A stretch of DNA of 64,000 nt, from assembly GCF_009914755.1 (NCBI RefSeq), contig NC_060943.1, one strand, 5' to 3'. Source of the stretch: the human T2T-CHM13v2.0 reference genome, Homo sapiens. The notes below the pieces were generated by a model. The model ran no database searches. It saw only the letters and a list, made by a program, of their open reading frames with translations, and was not told where the DNA came from. Each line of letters starts with the position of its first letter. The stretch's first letter is position 1. The position numbers were made by a program, and so were the translations under genes. Positions 31,735 to 50,380 of this stretch are shown here, piece after piece.

Positions 31735-32089
31735 CTGCAGAGAAACAGAAATATTCAGTATGCATCTACCACGTACCGATGCTGCGGTCAGAAGAATGTC
31801 ATCTTAGGAATGCCTCTGTTGGCATCCTTTTGGCACCCAGCCCATTGCTGAACACAGTGGCACACAGTGCCCAGCCGTGTCCCACTTCTGCCACCAACAC
31901 CACTTTTGCCAGATAGGTGAACCTCCAAATGCCGGCACCTGTGTTTCTTTCCTTGCAGGCTAACCCTGGCTACCAGAATTCTCTTTGTTCATCACATGGC
32001 AGGTTAACAATGCCTTTCCTAAGTAGCTCCCTTTATCAATGATTGATAGAAGATAGTGCATTAAAAAAAAGCCAATTTCATTATTATTT

Positions 32090-33140
<1,051 letters not shown>

Positions 33141-33781
33141 AACATAGTCATAATCAATAGCTTCCTTACCCATTGAGGGGTACAAATCTGAGGTGCCTGC
33201 TCCATGCCATACCCAACAGCTGCCTCCAGGGATTAAACTCCAGCTGCCCGCATGTAACTTGCTTGATAAAGATCCTATATGAGCTCCTCCCCTTCCTATG
33301 CCACTGCCCACTCCCAGCTGGTGCCTCCTAGGATTCCCTCCCAGAACAACGAGTTGCTCTCAGGGTCGGCTTCTGGGGGAACCCAAGCAATGACTTGTGG
33401 TGAAGGCAAAGTATTTCCTGGAATGACTCAAGACACAGGTTTGGGGAAAGAAAGAGGACAGTCTAGCATCCACCAGCCATGTGACCTTGAGCCAGCCACT
33501 TCTCTGGAGGACCCTTGATCAAGTGGGTATAATGCCCATGCTGAGTTTGTAGGATTGTTGTGGGGATTAACTGAGATGGCACGTGTGATGTGCTTTGCTA
33601 TGTAAATGCAGATGATGGTGATGATGGAGATGGGAAAACAGCTCTCGGGACCTCCAAAGAGTCAGAAGAAAGTGCCAGAGACTCCATGCTCTGTCTCTTG
33701 AAAAAGCTCCTTCCCTCCTCCAAAGGAAGCTTCCAGATCCCAATTTCCTTTCCCCTGGCCTTTGGCTATGAATACACTCAC

Positions 33782-33832
33782 CTCCAGAATTCTTGGCTTC
33801 TGATCCTGGCAGAGCCAGTAAGACAGTGAGAC
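33782..33832 (-). CDS. ADGRE4P: ADGRE4P exon 2 (GLTVLLALPGSEAKNSG, rest of signal peptide)
   Basis: Acceptor ttccag| and donor GAG|gtgagt; 51 nt, phase 1-1; hydrophobic. Not in the ORF track. Confidence 0.8.
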
Positions 33833-34216
33833 CTGGAACAGAGAGAGGAGGGGATCATTCAGACGGGGATCCCCTGGACTCTGCGTGGCTGAAGACTGGG
33901 TGAGTTAGGGGCAACTAACCCTAACTCTTTGCCCAGTCACACGTGCAAGCTTCACCATAGCATCTTCCAGGCAGGTTACAAACACAAGAGTCACAGATTT
34001 GGACATCATATCCTTCTGAAGTATGAGAAGTGCATCTGATTGCAGCTGTGTTTCCCAATTTCAGAAAACTCAGCAGCAAATTCAGCTTCTTCTCTACATC
34101 CTAGCACCAAAAGACCAAGTTGGCAATCTCCTTTCTATATTCAACAGTTTATTTTAATATCAGTCCAGACCTGGAACCACACACTGTCCGAGAAAAATAT
34201 AATGGAAACCCCATAG

Positions 34217-34474
<258 letters not shown>

Positions 34475-35251
34475 TGATCCGCCCACCTCGGCCTCCCAAA
34501 GTGCTGGGATTACAGCTGTGAGCCACCACGCCTGGCTGACATGGACATTTTTATGACCTAAAACACTCAACACCAATTTTCCTGTGAATAATTTTTTTTC
34601 AGAGAGAAATATCACTTGATTCCCATAGGGTAGGGGACAGCAAACTGGACTTATGAGTTGAGGTGACTTTTATATTTTTTACATAAAACATTTTAAATGG
34701 TTGGAAAAAAACAAAAGAAGAAGAATACTTAATGGCCATGAAAACCATGTGAATTTTAGCTGCCTATGTCTGTAAATAAAGTTTTACTGACACGCAGCCA
34801 CATCCATTCATTTACATGAGGTCTATGGATGCTTTAGGGCTGGAATAGCTGAGTTGAGTAGTTAAGACAGAGACCATACGGGCCACAAAGCTGAAATTCA
34901 AATTACCTGTCCCTTTACAGAAAAAAATATGCTTGCCCCTTACATAGAGTATGGAACATCACTTACCTGTAAGGTCTCTTAACAAACCTTCCATCCTTAA
35001 ACTGCATCTGATGCCTCCTATGGAGATTTCTTTTTCTCATCTCTAAGACCCTAAAGCCCAGAGGACAGGGTGGGAAGGTCTAGGTTGTAACTTACTGAGC
35101 TATGACGCTCCAAGTGCGGACCCATTTGGTGTCAATCCATGTAGCAGATACTCGAAGTGACCCTTTAGCCTACCCCAGAGAGGGTTCCTATAAATGCAGA
35201 TGACTTTCTTTTTCGTTCTTTCTTTCTTTCTTTTTTTTTTTTTTTTTTTGA

Positions 35252-35413
<162 letters not shown>

Positions 35414-35756
35414 TAGTAGAGACGAGGTTTCACCATGTTGGCCAGGCTGGTTTCAAACTCCTGACCTTAAGTGATCCACCCGTCTTGGCCTCCTAAAGTG
35501 CTCTTCACTCTTTCTTGCGTGGCCTCCCCACACCCTCCTTTCCTGGGATCCCCTCCCAAAAAAACTATTTACACACATGAGTCCTTGTTTTCGTTCTGCT
35601 TTGGGGCAGCCCAGCCTAACTGACTCAAGAGGAGAGTTTCTACTAGGACAGGCACACGCAGTTATTGCTGGAGAAAATGCCAGATTTGAGGAAGCAAATC
35701 AAGCGAGGACACCAGGGGCATGAGGAGAAGGAAAGGGAGTTCTTTGCTCCACTTAC

Positions 35757-35790
35757 CTGAGAGCAGGACCAGGAGGAACCTGCTCCCCAT
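35757..35790 (-). CDS. ADGRE4P: ADGRE4P exon 1, coding part (MGSRFLLVLLS-G, signal peptide start)
   Basis: ATG at 35790-35788; donor TCAG|gtaagt; 34 nt, ends in phase 1. Confidence 0.9.
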
Positions 35791-36417
35791 AGCACTGAGA
35801 CGCCGGGAACAATCTCTCTGAAGCAGGACGTGGTCAGAATGCCTGGAACAAATAAACCTCATGAAATCCAATTTCTGATGGTCCCAAGTTCAGAAGCCCC
35901 GTGGCCAGTGCTTATCAAAATGTAAGGCTGAGGCAGGAGAATTGCTTGAAACCAGGAGGCAGAGGTAGCAGTGAGCCGAGATCGCATCACTGCACTCCAG
36001 CCTGGGCGACAGAGCAAGACTCCGTCTCGAAACCAACAAACCAACAAACCAACAAACCAACCAACAAACAAAAAAAACCCTTTAATCTCTCCCTCTCGTT
36101 TGACCCAATAATTCTGCCTCTGGGTAACTCTCTCAAGGAAAACACCCTGCGAGGATGATCTTAGTGTATTTGGTTATAGGGAACAAGTTTATCACCCAAC
36201 AAATGCTAAAAAAAACGGATGCATCTGATGAAATATAAGGCTGGAATTTAAAATCCTGTTCTATCGCAGTCGGCAAGATCAAGACTGGAAAACTCCACAG
36301 GACAAACTACTCACTTTTTATTTATTTATTATTATTTTTTTTTTACATTGCTGTCATTGATTTGTTTATATTTAATTTTTAAATTCATAAATAATTATAT
36401 ATGCTTATGGGCTATAA

Positions 36418-36738
<321 letters not shown>

Positions 36739-36965
36739 TGACATTGTGGAATGATTATATCAAGACAATTAACGTATGTATCACCTCACATACCTATCAT
36801 TTTTCGGTATGAGAACTTTTAAAATCTACTCTTTCAGCCATTTTGAAATACACAATATAGGCCGGGAACAGTGGCTCACACCTTTAATCCCAGCACTTTG
36901 GGAGAACGAGGTGGGCGGATCACCTGAGGTCAGGAGTTAAAGACCAGCCTGGTCAACATGGTGAA

Positions 36966-37325
36966 AATAATATAATATATATATTATATTAATATATCAC
37001 TATATATTATAATATATAATGATATATTAATATAATATATAATATATTATTAATATATAATATATTATTAATATATAATATATTATTAATATATAATATA
37101 TTATTAATATATAATAAAATTAATATATTAATATAATATGTTAATGTAATACATCAATATATTAATATAATAAATCAATATAATACATTGATATATTAAT
37201 ATAATACATTAATACATTAATATATTAATATAATACATTAATACATTAATATATTAATATAATACATTAATACATTAATATATTAATAAATATTAAATAT
37301 ATATTTAATATATATTTATATAAAA
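36966..37325. repeat. AT-rich low-complexity/minisatellite following a truncated Alu left arm
   Basis: Units such as atataatatattatta and ataatacattaatacattaatatatta. Confidence 0.9.
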
Positions 37326-37665
37326 GGTTACTATCTGTTTTAGGAAAATGTTAGCATTCTATATACAATTATCCATATATGCATGTATGTGTATTTATAT
37401 GTGTATATACAAAATCATACATACAAATGTACAAACATATAAATGCATCAAATGCATGTATATATGTATGATAATTTTGTATTTGCATAAAATATTCCTG
37501 GAAGGTACCTAAGAAACTCATAGCATCGGTTGCTTTTGAAAACAAATGTATGCGAGGCTTAATACCTAGGTGATGGATTGATAGGTGCAGCAAACCACCA
37601 TGGCACATGTTTACCTATGTAACAAACTCGCACGTCCTGCACATATATCTTGGAACTTAAAATAA

Positions 37666-37971
<306 letters not shown>

Positions 37972-38150
37972 TAAGATATTTTAAAAAGAGAGAAAGAAAG
38001 CAAGTGGCTGGGAAGCCGAGGCAAGGAGACTTTTCAGTTTACCCTCTTCTATCTTTTGAATTTTGAGCCAAGTGAAGATCTTTTCTGTTCAAAACATAAA
38101 TCATTTCTAACAGAGAAAATAGTGGAAGTACTAGACATTACTATAAATGA

Positions 38151-38434
<284 letters not shown>

Positions 38435-38902
38435 TGAGTCTTTCAAAGAAGACTTTAAGGATCATTTTAGTAAGCGTTGGCCTATGGATATCAATTTAAA
38501 ATGCAGAAAGCACTCTCCTAAGGTAATGTCGGTGGCCAATTGGGGTTTAAGATAAAACCTCCAGTGCACATTAGCAAAGATATTGTGCTCTGCAGATCTG
38601 TGAAGCCTTTCAAAGGCGCTGCCAATGATGAGGGAGGCACTGATGGAGAAGATGCTTTAAGTAGTTTAGAGAAAAGTTTCACAAAATGTAAGCAGGAAGG
38701 AAAACAACAATTATGTGTAATGCAAACAATCTGATATCACATGCAAAAATAATGTTGTAGGAGGCTATTAGAACAACATAGGGCCGGGCGCGGTGGGTCA
38801 CACCTATAATCCCAGCACTTTGGAGGGCAGAGGCGGGCAGATCACTTGAGGTCAGGAGTTTGAGACCAGCCTGACCAACATGGTGAAACACCGTCTCTAT
38901 TA

Positions 38903-39130
<228 letters not shown>

Positions 39131-39400
39131 TTATGACGTAGCATTAGGAGCAAAAGGAGGTTATATTATTCTGTCATTACACATTGTATGCATGTATCAA
39201 AATATATCATATGTAACTCATAAATATGTGCCACTATTATGTATCAATACAAAATGTAGGTTATAAAGAAAGTATATCACATGTAAGAGAATTTTAAATG
39301 TTAATAGAAGAATGTCAGTATGAGTGATTTTAAATTTCTCTTTTTTCAGCTGTAATTCTAAATTATGTACATTGCCTTAGCAATAAAAATAATATAATGA

Positions 39401-39812
<412 letters not shown>

Positions 39813-40137
39813 TGAGTTTGGAATCTGTTGGGGCTGCCTGTGTGTTTATGTGACAGTTCTCCCTCCATGCTTCACGCACAGTTACTTGCTGGCCATACAC
39901 TGTCAGATGGCTTTAGAATTTGGTGCACAGGCAAACCTGGGTTTGAATCCCAAATCTACAACTACTAGTTAAGTGGCCCTGAGGTTGTGACTTTACCTCC
40001 AAGCCTCTCGTCTGCAAAACATAGCTAAGAAAGAGCACATATTTTACAGTTTCATGCTGATTCAGTGAGATGACCCTTCAGACCTGCCGGCACATGGTAA
40101 GTCCTGAATAAAGCTACCTGTGAAGAGAAGTGGGAAG

Positions 40138-41960
40138 GATGATGATGGTGGTAGTGGTGGTGGTGGTCGTGGTGGATGTGATAGTAGTGGTCATGATGGT
40201 GATGGTAGTGATGGGAGTGGAGATCATAATGATGGTGGAGATAGTGATGAAGGTGGCAGTGGTGGTGATGGTACTGACAGTGGTTATGATGGTGGACATG
40301 ATAGTAATGGTGATAGTGATGGTGGCAAAAGTGGTGGTGATGGTGATGGTGGTGACAGTGATGGTGGTGATGGTGATGGTGGTGACAGTGATGGTGGCAA
40401 GGGTGATGGTAGTAATCAGGGTGATGGTGGTGATGGTGTCAATGGTGATGGTGGTGGTAATAATGGTGATGGTAGTGATAGGAATGGTGGCAATGGTGAT
40501 GGTGGTACTAATGGTGATGGTGGTAATGGTGATAGTGGTGATGGTGATGCTGATGGTGGTAATAATGGTGATGGTAGTGATGGGGATGGTGGTAATGGTG
40601 ATGGTGGTGATGGTAATGGTGGTGGTGATGATGATGGTGGTAATGATAGTGGTGATGGTAATGGTGGTGGTGATGGTGGTGGTGGTAATGGTGGTGGTGG
40701 TGATGGTGGTGATGGCAATGGTGGTGGTGATGGTGGTGATGGCAATGGTGGTGATGGCAATGGTGGTGGTGGTGATGGTGGTGATGGCAATGGTGGTGGT
40801 GGTGATGGTGGTGGTGGTGATGGTGGTGGTGGTGATGGTGGTGATGGTAATGGTGGTGGTGGTAATGGTGGTGGTGGTGATGGTGGTGATGGCGATGGTG
40901 GTGATGGCAATGGTGGTGGTGATGGTGGTGATGGCAATGGTGGTGGTGGCGATGGTGGTGGTGGTGATGGTGGTGGTGGTGATGGTGGTGGTGGTGATGG
41001 TGGTGATGGCGATGGTGGTGGTGGTAACGGTGGTGGTGGTGATGGTGGTGGTGGTGATGGTGGTGGTGGTGATGGTGGTGATGGTGGTGATGGTGGTGAT
41101 GGTGGTGATGGCGATGGTGGTGGTGGTGATGGTGGTGATGGCGATGGTGGTGGTGGTGATGGTGGTGATGGCGATGGTGGTGGTGGTGATGGTGGTGATG
41201 GCGATGGTGGTGGTGGTGATGGTGGTGATGGCGATGGTGGTGGTGGTGATGGTGGTGATGGCGATGGTGGTGGTGGTGATGGTGGTGATGGCGATGGTGG
41301 TGGTGGTGATGGTGGTGATGGCGATGGTGGTGGTGGTGATGGTGGTGATGGCGATGGTGGTGGTGGTAACGGTGGTGGTGGTGATGGTGGTGGTGGTGAT
41401 GGTGGTGGTGGTGATGGTGGTGATGGTGGTGATGGTGGTGATGGTGGTGATGGCGATGGTGGTGGTGGTGATGGTGGTGATGGCGATGGTGGTGGTGGTG
41501 ATGGTGGTGATGGCGATGGTGGTGGTGGTGATGGTGGTGATGGCGATGGTGGTGGTGGTGATGGTGGTGATGGCGATGGTGGTGGTGGTGATGGTGGTGA
41601 TGGCGATGGTGGTGGTGGTGATGGTGGTGATGGCGATGGTGGTGGTGGTGATGGTGGTGATGGCGATGGTGGTGGTGGTGATGGTGGTGATGGCGATGGT
41701 GGTGGTGGTAACGGTGGTGGTGGTGATGGTGGTAATGGTGGTGGTGATGATGATGGTCTTGGTGGTGGTGATGCCAGTGGTAGTAACGGTGATGGTGGTG
41801 ACGATGACGATAGTGATGGTGGTGCTGATAGTGACGGTGATGACAGTGGTGGTGATGGCAGTGATGGTAATAGCGAAGAGGGACTGCATGGTTGTGGTGA
41901 TGGTGGCAAGGATGGTGGAAGTGACAGTAATGCTGATGCTGATGATGGTGATGAAAGCGG
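40138..41960 (+). repeat. (GGT/GAT) tandem repeat with a 30-bp core unit and 342-bp higher-order period
   Basis: Unit ggtggtgatggcgatggtggtggtggtgat; AAC variant at 41026, 41368 and 41710. Confidence 0.95.
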
Positions 41961-42315
41961 TCATGGAGATCTCTCATGTCCCTTCCCTGGTGCCAATTGT
42001 AATCACAACTTTGCATGCTAAGGACTGACCTTTTACCCAGTGGTAATGAGAATTAACGAGGGTCCTGTGAAGTCCCCACAGGAACACAGTAGTGGCCTAA
42101 GAAGACCCATCCCATGGAACCCCCTATTCCCAAGCAGGCAGCTGCACATCATGCACTGGAATCCTCTTGCAAGTCAAATTTTGCTGCAGATGCTTCTCTC
42201 ACCCCTTCCATTACTGCCTCCTAAAATCACTTACGGAACTTCTACTATGGGCCAAGTGCCTTAAGAACTCTGTGGCTATTATCTTATTGAAAGCTGCAAC
42301 CATCTTGTGATGTAG

Positions 42316-42531
<216 letters not shown>

Positions 42532-44644
42532 TGATCCCCCCACCTTGGTCTCCCAAAGTGCTGGGATTACACGTGTGAGGCACCGCTCCCGGCCATGATG
42601 TAGGTCTTATAATTATCTCCTAAGTCTTCAGATGAGGAAATTGAGGTTCAAAACAATGATATCATTTGCTTAAGATTGTGCTGCTAGGAAAATACAAAGC
42701 TAAGATTTGGACAATGTCAGCTTGAGTCCAAAGCCCATGCACAACCACCTCACCAAGATCATAAACTCCAGTGTCTACCAAGATCTAGACATGCGACATA
42801 AATACATAAGGCCATTGGTGGGACGTAATAAGGACTGTGGGGAACTGGAGACCAAAGGCTATCTAGAGACACCCACACCCACTTTTTCCTTAAATACAGA
42901 ACCAGGAGACCAACCACTTTCAATCTCTGCAGTAGACAATACTACTTCACTGAAATCAATTTCTGTTGCGGGAATCTTGTGTCCCATTGGTGGAGTTATA
43001 CTTGATTACTTTCTGGATACCTTTCCTCTTTCAAAATTTGTCTTCTTTTTAGAGTCATGTTGCTCCACCCTTCAAAAAGTCCACTCTAAAATATAACTGG
43101 AAAATTCTCAATGAAAAGAACCCCTGTCCAGGTAAGGGCATTTCTTTGCTGAGGCCTGATTTGAAACAAGTTTAACTAAAGTGAGTATTTTGAAAGGAAA
43201 AAGGTGGTAAGATTTTTCACAACAGCCGAGGCCTCTAGGGATGGTGATTTGTAGGGGACTTTCGGCCATAACCAATTGTGAGAAAAGAATTTCACATCAG
43301 AGAGAAAGAGAGGCAGACACAGAGAACTGAGCCAAGGATCACACACAAAGAAACTCACTGTTTGCAGCGACTGATATTTTATAATTATAGTTGTTTTCAT
43401 TTCTGCTTGTTGCCTTGTTGGTTGTTACCCACTAAGGTGGTGCCATGGTGGTCGTTACCCACTAAAGAGGACCAGCCTCCTCCTGTGGATCATAACCAGC
43501 CGGTTGAAAAAGTTGACATGTAAATCCCTCTGCTTTGGTCATGAATAAAGGACAAAACCCTTCCACCATGATAATGATGATGACTGTGAGGCTGGCATTT
43601 AAACACATGTGCTGATGTGTATATTATGGGTGTCAGGTGTATGGAAAAGCTGTTAATTCACCCTACAGACTTAGGAAACTCGCTCATCTTTTTAGATCTT
43701 GTTTTCCTTGTTTTTCATAACACGTTCGTTATAAGCTATGTTCATCTTAGACTCTTCTTGAATCTTGATCATTCTAGTTCACCTTAAGCCCCTTTCCACA
43801 CCATTGCCCCCTTCTTTGTGCGTGATAAGGCATCCCAGCAGGTTTCAGAGTATCACATAACAACACACACACTCCTTGCCCAAGCAGAAGTGGAAAAATG
43901 AATGTGAGATAGAAGCCGACATAGCAGCTTTCAAGAAATAAAGTAACCGGACATGTAATGAGGCCTCCTTGAAAATGTTTCCAGAACCAGAATATTTTTC
44001 TTAGATTCATGATCACAAGTAAAATATTTCCTATTTTCTATAGGAAGATACTACTTACCCTAAAGATGAAAAGTCCTTGCCTCTCACTGAGTCTGGTAGC
44101 TTTTCAGAACTGACAGAAGAGGAAGTACGTCGCTCTTTATCTTGAGCTCCGGTTTCTCAAGGAGTCTTGTGGGTGGACACGGAGGCTGCGTTGTTGTTTG
44201 GGGAGTTTGCATAATGCAGGGTCTATTAGTTCTCTTTCCACTGCCGTAATTTAAGTGGTACATTATCATGGTGGACCATATCAAAGTGCCTCAGAAAATG
44301 AATGGGGAAATGGTGATGGTGATCAGTGGGAAATGGAGAGGGATAATGGAGAGTGAAGCCAACTTCCAAGGATATGGGTTCAACTTCAAAGAGGTCTTTT
44401 TAATTTAATTTTCACTACCAGAGTTGAAGGCCAGAGTGTGGGAAGGAGTCAGCATATCTTTGTATTGCTTCATTTCCTATTCCAGTTGACCAACTTGGGA
44501 AAATGACTCATCCATATTCTTGGTTTTTGGGATGGTACCATTGAAGAGAATTACACTGATAGACTTGGCTGATAAGATTTTCAACGGTTTCATTAGGGTG
44601 GTATTCTGAAATTGTTGTCTCATTTGTATTAGAAGAATCTTCGT

Positions 44645-44994
<350 letters not shown>

Positions 44995-45162
44995 CTAATT
45001 TGGCAAGTCCAAATACACATCAAGCAATTTACTTCTTGTCTTGATTTTATTACATATATGAAACGTGGTCTTATTATCCCTAACGTTAACACCTTCATCT
45101 TTCTGTTTTCCATTTATTTTTATAAATTCATGAGTAAATGCAATAAATTATGCAAATAATAA

Positions 45163-45472
<310 letters not shown>

Positions 45473-48400
45473 TGATCCGCCTGCATCGGCCTCCCAAAGT
45501 GTTGGGATTACAGACGTGAGCCACCGCGCCCAGCCTGCTGCATCATCTTTTAAATGACAAATGAAAGACGGATTAAGCCTGCCATTGTCAGCTGTACTGA
45601 AGACAAAATTGTCTGCATGTAAAACTGAAATGCCTAAACCCAAAGGAAGTCCCTGAAATTCTGAGCAATCTGTGTGCTCATAGCCCAATTCTGCACGCGA
45701 TAGATTGCACCATGGGATGGAAGAATTCTCTATCTTTAAGTGTAGTCTCTGGCTCTAATCTTGGCCATGTGACTGGCTTTGGCCAATGAAACAACAGCTA
45801 ACAGGATGCAAAAAAAAAATGCTAGCCTGCTGGAGTGTAAGAGGCCATGTTGAAGAAACCAAGGCTTGATAGACAATAATTCATCACTTTGGTTGCCAAT
45901 CTGCCGATCACCACATGTGTGGGTAAGGCCGTGTCAGATCATCTATTCAACCAGCATACCCACCAACTGATAAACACGTATGAATGGAACAAACAAGCCA
46001 GCTCAGATCTGAAGAATGACCACAGAATCATGAATTAAATGAAATAGTTGTTATTTTAAGAAAAAAAAAATTCAATGGGGAGAGGATGGTTTGTTATACA
46101 CCCAAGGCCAACTGAGACACTTCCCAAGGTGTCCTGGAATAGGTTATTTGCACTCTTGTTGTCAGACATGGTATTATTTAACTCTACCTCCCAACCACAG
46201 CTGATTGGAACATGGATTGGTCCATATGGCAAACAACAACTTATGAGATGGCCAAGAAGATAAGTGTACCTTCAAACAGTTCTGTATATTGAATATTGAC
46301 TGACCAATCCATTCAGACTGTGTCTCTCTTGAGGGATCTGAATAAGTCCCAGAAAGGGATACAGACAGCAGCGTGACTCATGAGCTGCAATGAACAAATT
46401 AAGAAACAACAAAAGCAGAAGCCGTTGGATAGGAGAATCTGTTGATGACCTTCCTCTCCAATCTCTACGTTGGGTATCTCACCTTGCCTCGGTAGAGCAG
46501 TACAGTACACTGTCACCGTCAGAGAAACCAGCCCATTTCAAAACCCAAGGAGCAAATGTTCGGTCTAGGAACGTTTGATATGGCCTGGTCATTTCCCAAA
46601 CTTTAACAAGCATTTAACAATTCACTTTGGGCAATTGTGAGAAACACCCGTTCTCCATCCTTCTGCAACCGGCCCTGTGCATTAAGAGGTTTCCCTGTAT
46701 GTTCTGGATCATGAGGCACTTGTGTACTCTGCTGTGAAGCTGGATTTGACCAGGGTTAGCCCCGGAAGAAGAAAAGACAGCTGATGCAGCTAGAGATGGG
46801 GTGTTTACTTCTCTAGCTTCCTCTTCCCTGCCAGCATTGCACATTTGGACAGAGGTTGGGTTTTTCTGCTGTAGGCTAAAGCCCTTTCCAGGTTCTTATA
46901 AATGCTCCCTGCCTTCATGCCTTCAAGCCAACGAGTGGTTGGCTTCCCACATTGCTAATCCCAGGGTGCCATTAGCAATGGCACCCACAATCCCATTGGA
47001 TTACCCACATTGCTAATCCCAGGGTGCCTCACCATCCTCTGTTGATTTCCCTTAGCCCTACCCTCACCTAAATAAACAGTCCTTTCATTAAACCCTCCTC
47101 ATTTAACTCATTTGAGTGGGCAGCTGTTTCTCCCCATGTCACCAATTAATACACACTTTGGTCCTGATTCTGCTTATTCTAGCTTTCTTATCAACTGTCA
47201 TAGAAGAGGAAACCCTTATTTCAAGAAAAGAAGAAAACACCATTCTTTGACCAACATATGGAACTGAATCACAAAACACAAATATCACTTCCTCCTTTGC
47301 CAATCATTTAAGAGGAATTGTTTCTCAGCAAACTTCCCATGCCTTGAAATAGTGGTGTTCAGTATGTGAATTGGCTGGAAATATGGCGTAGGTGGTCCAC
47401 TTGGAAAGAATGGGATATAGGAATCAGAGCTTAGAACCTGGGCTCTGTCAGAATGGCAGCCCAGACTTGATGCCTAAAAGGTCATGTTCAGTGGCTCGTA
47501 CGTATGATCTTTCTTGCCAGTTCACTGGACACCAATGGAATTATGCCCTTAGATAATATTGTCACCTTTGTTTCTAACAAACCTCTTATGCTAAGTGTGC
47601 TTGGTGCCTGAGATGGTATTAAAACATGTCCCCACACTTTCTGACATTCTTTTCTGGAGAGCTGAAGTCTATGTCTTATCTCCTTGTATCTGGGCTTTGT
47701 AACTTCTTAACTAATAGAACTGACAATAGAAAATAACTCTATGTATCTTACAGGACCAGATCTTATCTTAAGACAGTAGTAGCTTCTTTTTTTTTTTTTT
47801 TTTTTTTTTTTTTTGAGACGGAGTCTTGCTCTGTCGCCCAGGCTGGAGTGCAGTGGCATGATCTTGGCTCACTGCAACCTCCCCCTCTCGGGTTCAAGCG
47901 ATTCTCCGCTTCAGCCTTCCAAGCAGCTGGGACTACAGGCGCTTGCCACCACCCCCGGCTAATTTTTGTATTTTTAGTAGAGATGGGGTTTCACCATGTT
48001 GGCCAGGCTGTCTCAAACTCCTGACCTCATGATCCACCCGCCTCAGCCTCCCAAAGTGCTGGGATTACAGGAGTGAGCCACCGCATCCAGCCCATGACGT
48101 TATTTATAAAACCAAGAGTGCACATGTACCCTAGAACTTAAAGTATAAAAAAAAAACCAAGAGTGATATAAAAAAAAAAACCAAGAGTGTCTCTTCAGGA
48201 GACAGAATGTCAGAATAACGTTCTGTTGCTGTGCAGTAGATTGACACACGGTCTTTCCCAGATGTATTCATTCAACAAACATTATAAACCCAATCAGTGA
48301 CCCCAATCTCCTGCTAGGTAATACACTTTCAGAGATAAATCAGACAAGGAACTTGTCTGATTATGATCTAACATGATGAGTATTACACATAAAAGATCAA

Positions 48401-48586
48401 TAATAACTTTGGACACAATGAAACAAAAACGTTAAGTCAGGAGGTAACCAGATGACTTTGAACTGATGATGGAAAGCTTTTCTATGAGCAAAAATTAAAT
48501 AAACTTCAAATTAGCTGGGCACGGGGGCTCATGCTTGTAGTCCCAGCACTTTGGGACGCTGAGGCAGGTAAGATCACTTGAGGTCA

Positions 48587-48829
<243 letters not shown>

Positions 48830-49432
48830 TCAAAAAATAGCTGGGCATGGTGGCAGGTGCCTGTAATTCCAGCTACTTGGGAGGTTGAGGCAGGAGAATT
48901 GCTTGAACCTGGGAGGCGAGGTTGCAGTGAGCTGAGATTGCGCCACTGCACTCCAGCCTGGGCGACAGAGTGAAACTGTGTCTCAATAAAATAAAATAAA
49001 ATAAACTTGAAATTACTAATTACTATATTTATTTTAGAGATAGAGACAGGGTCTTGCTCTGTTGCCCAGGCTAGAGTGAAGTGGCATGATCAAGACTCAC
49101 TGTAGCCTTGACATCCTGGGCTCAAGCAATCCTCCCACCTCAGCCTCCCAAGTAGCTGAGATCACAGGTGTCCACCACCATACCTGGCTACTTTTTGGTG
49201 GAGGGGAGTAGAGACAGAGTCTTGCTATGTTCCCTGGGCTGGTTGTGAACTCCTGGGCTCAAGCAATCTTCCCTCTTTGGACTCCCAAAGTGCTGGGATT
49301 ATAGGTATCAGCCACTGTGCCTGGTCAAATTACTACATTTCTAATGATGTATTTTTACAATTTGGGAAAGTTTGGGCAACTTCTGTGTAGTCATAAATGT
49401 TTTTCTTTTTCTTTTTTTTTCTTTTTTTTTAA

Positions 49433-49540
<108 letters not shown>

Positions 49541-49792
49541 TGAGTAGCTGGGACTACAGGCGCACACCACCACTCCCAGCTAATTTTTGTATTTTTGGTA
49601 GAGACAGGGTTTCACCACGTTGGCCAGGATGGTCTCTACTTCTTGACCTTGTGCTCCTCCTGCCTCGGCCTCCCAAAGTTGCTGGGATTACAGGCGTGAG
49701 CCAACGCGCCCGGCTCATAAATGTTTTTCTTCAATCAGACAATAAAATAGACATATAAATTTCCTCCCACTGATAACACCCTACTGATTTTA

Positions 49793-50380
<588 letters not shown>

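Noticed and set aside
40980-41720. Regular 30-bp repeats as a CRISPR-like array
   Set aside because: No unique spacers, eukaryotic context; a simple minisatellite.
40114-42028. Five 497-633 aa ORFs (Gly/Asp, Val/Met, Thr/Ile, Pro/Ser, His-rich)
   Set aside because: Artefacts of a triplet repeat lacking stops in most frames; no domain content or exon context.
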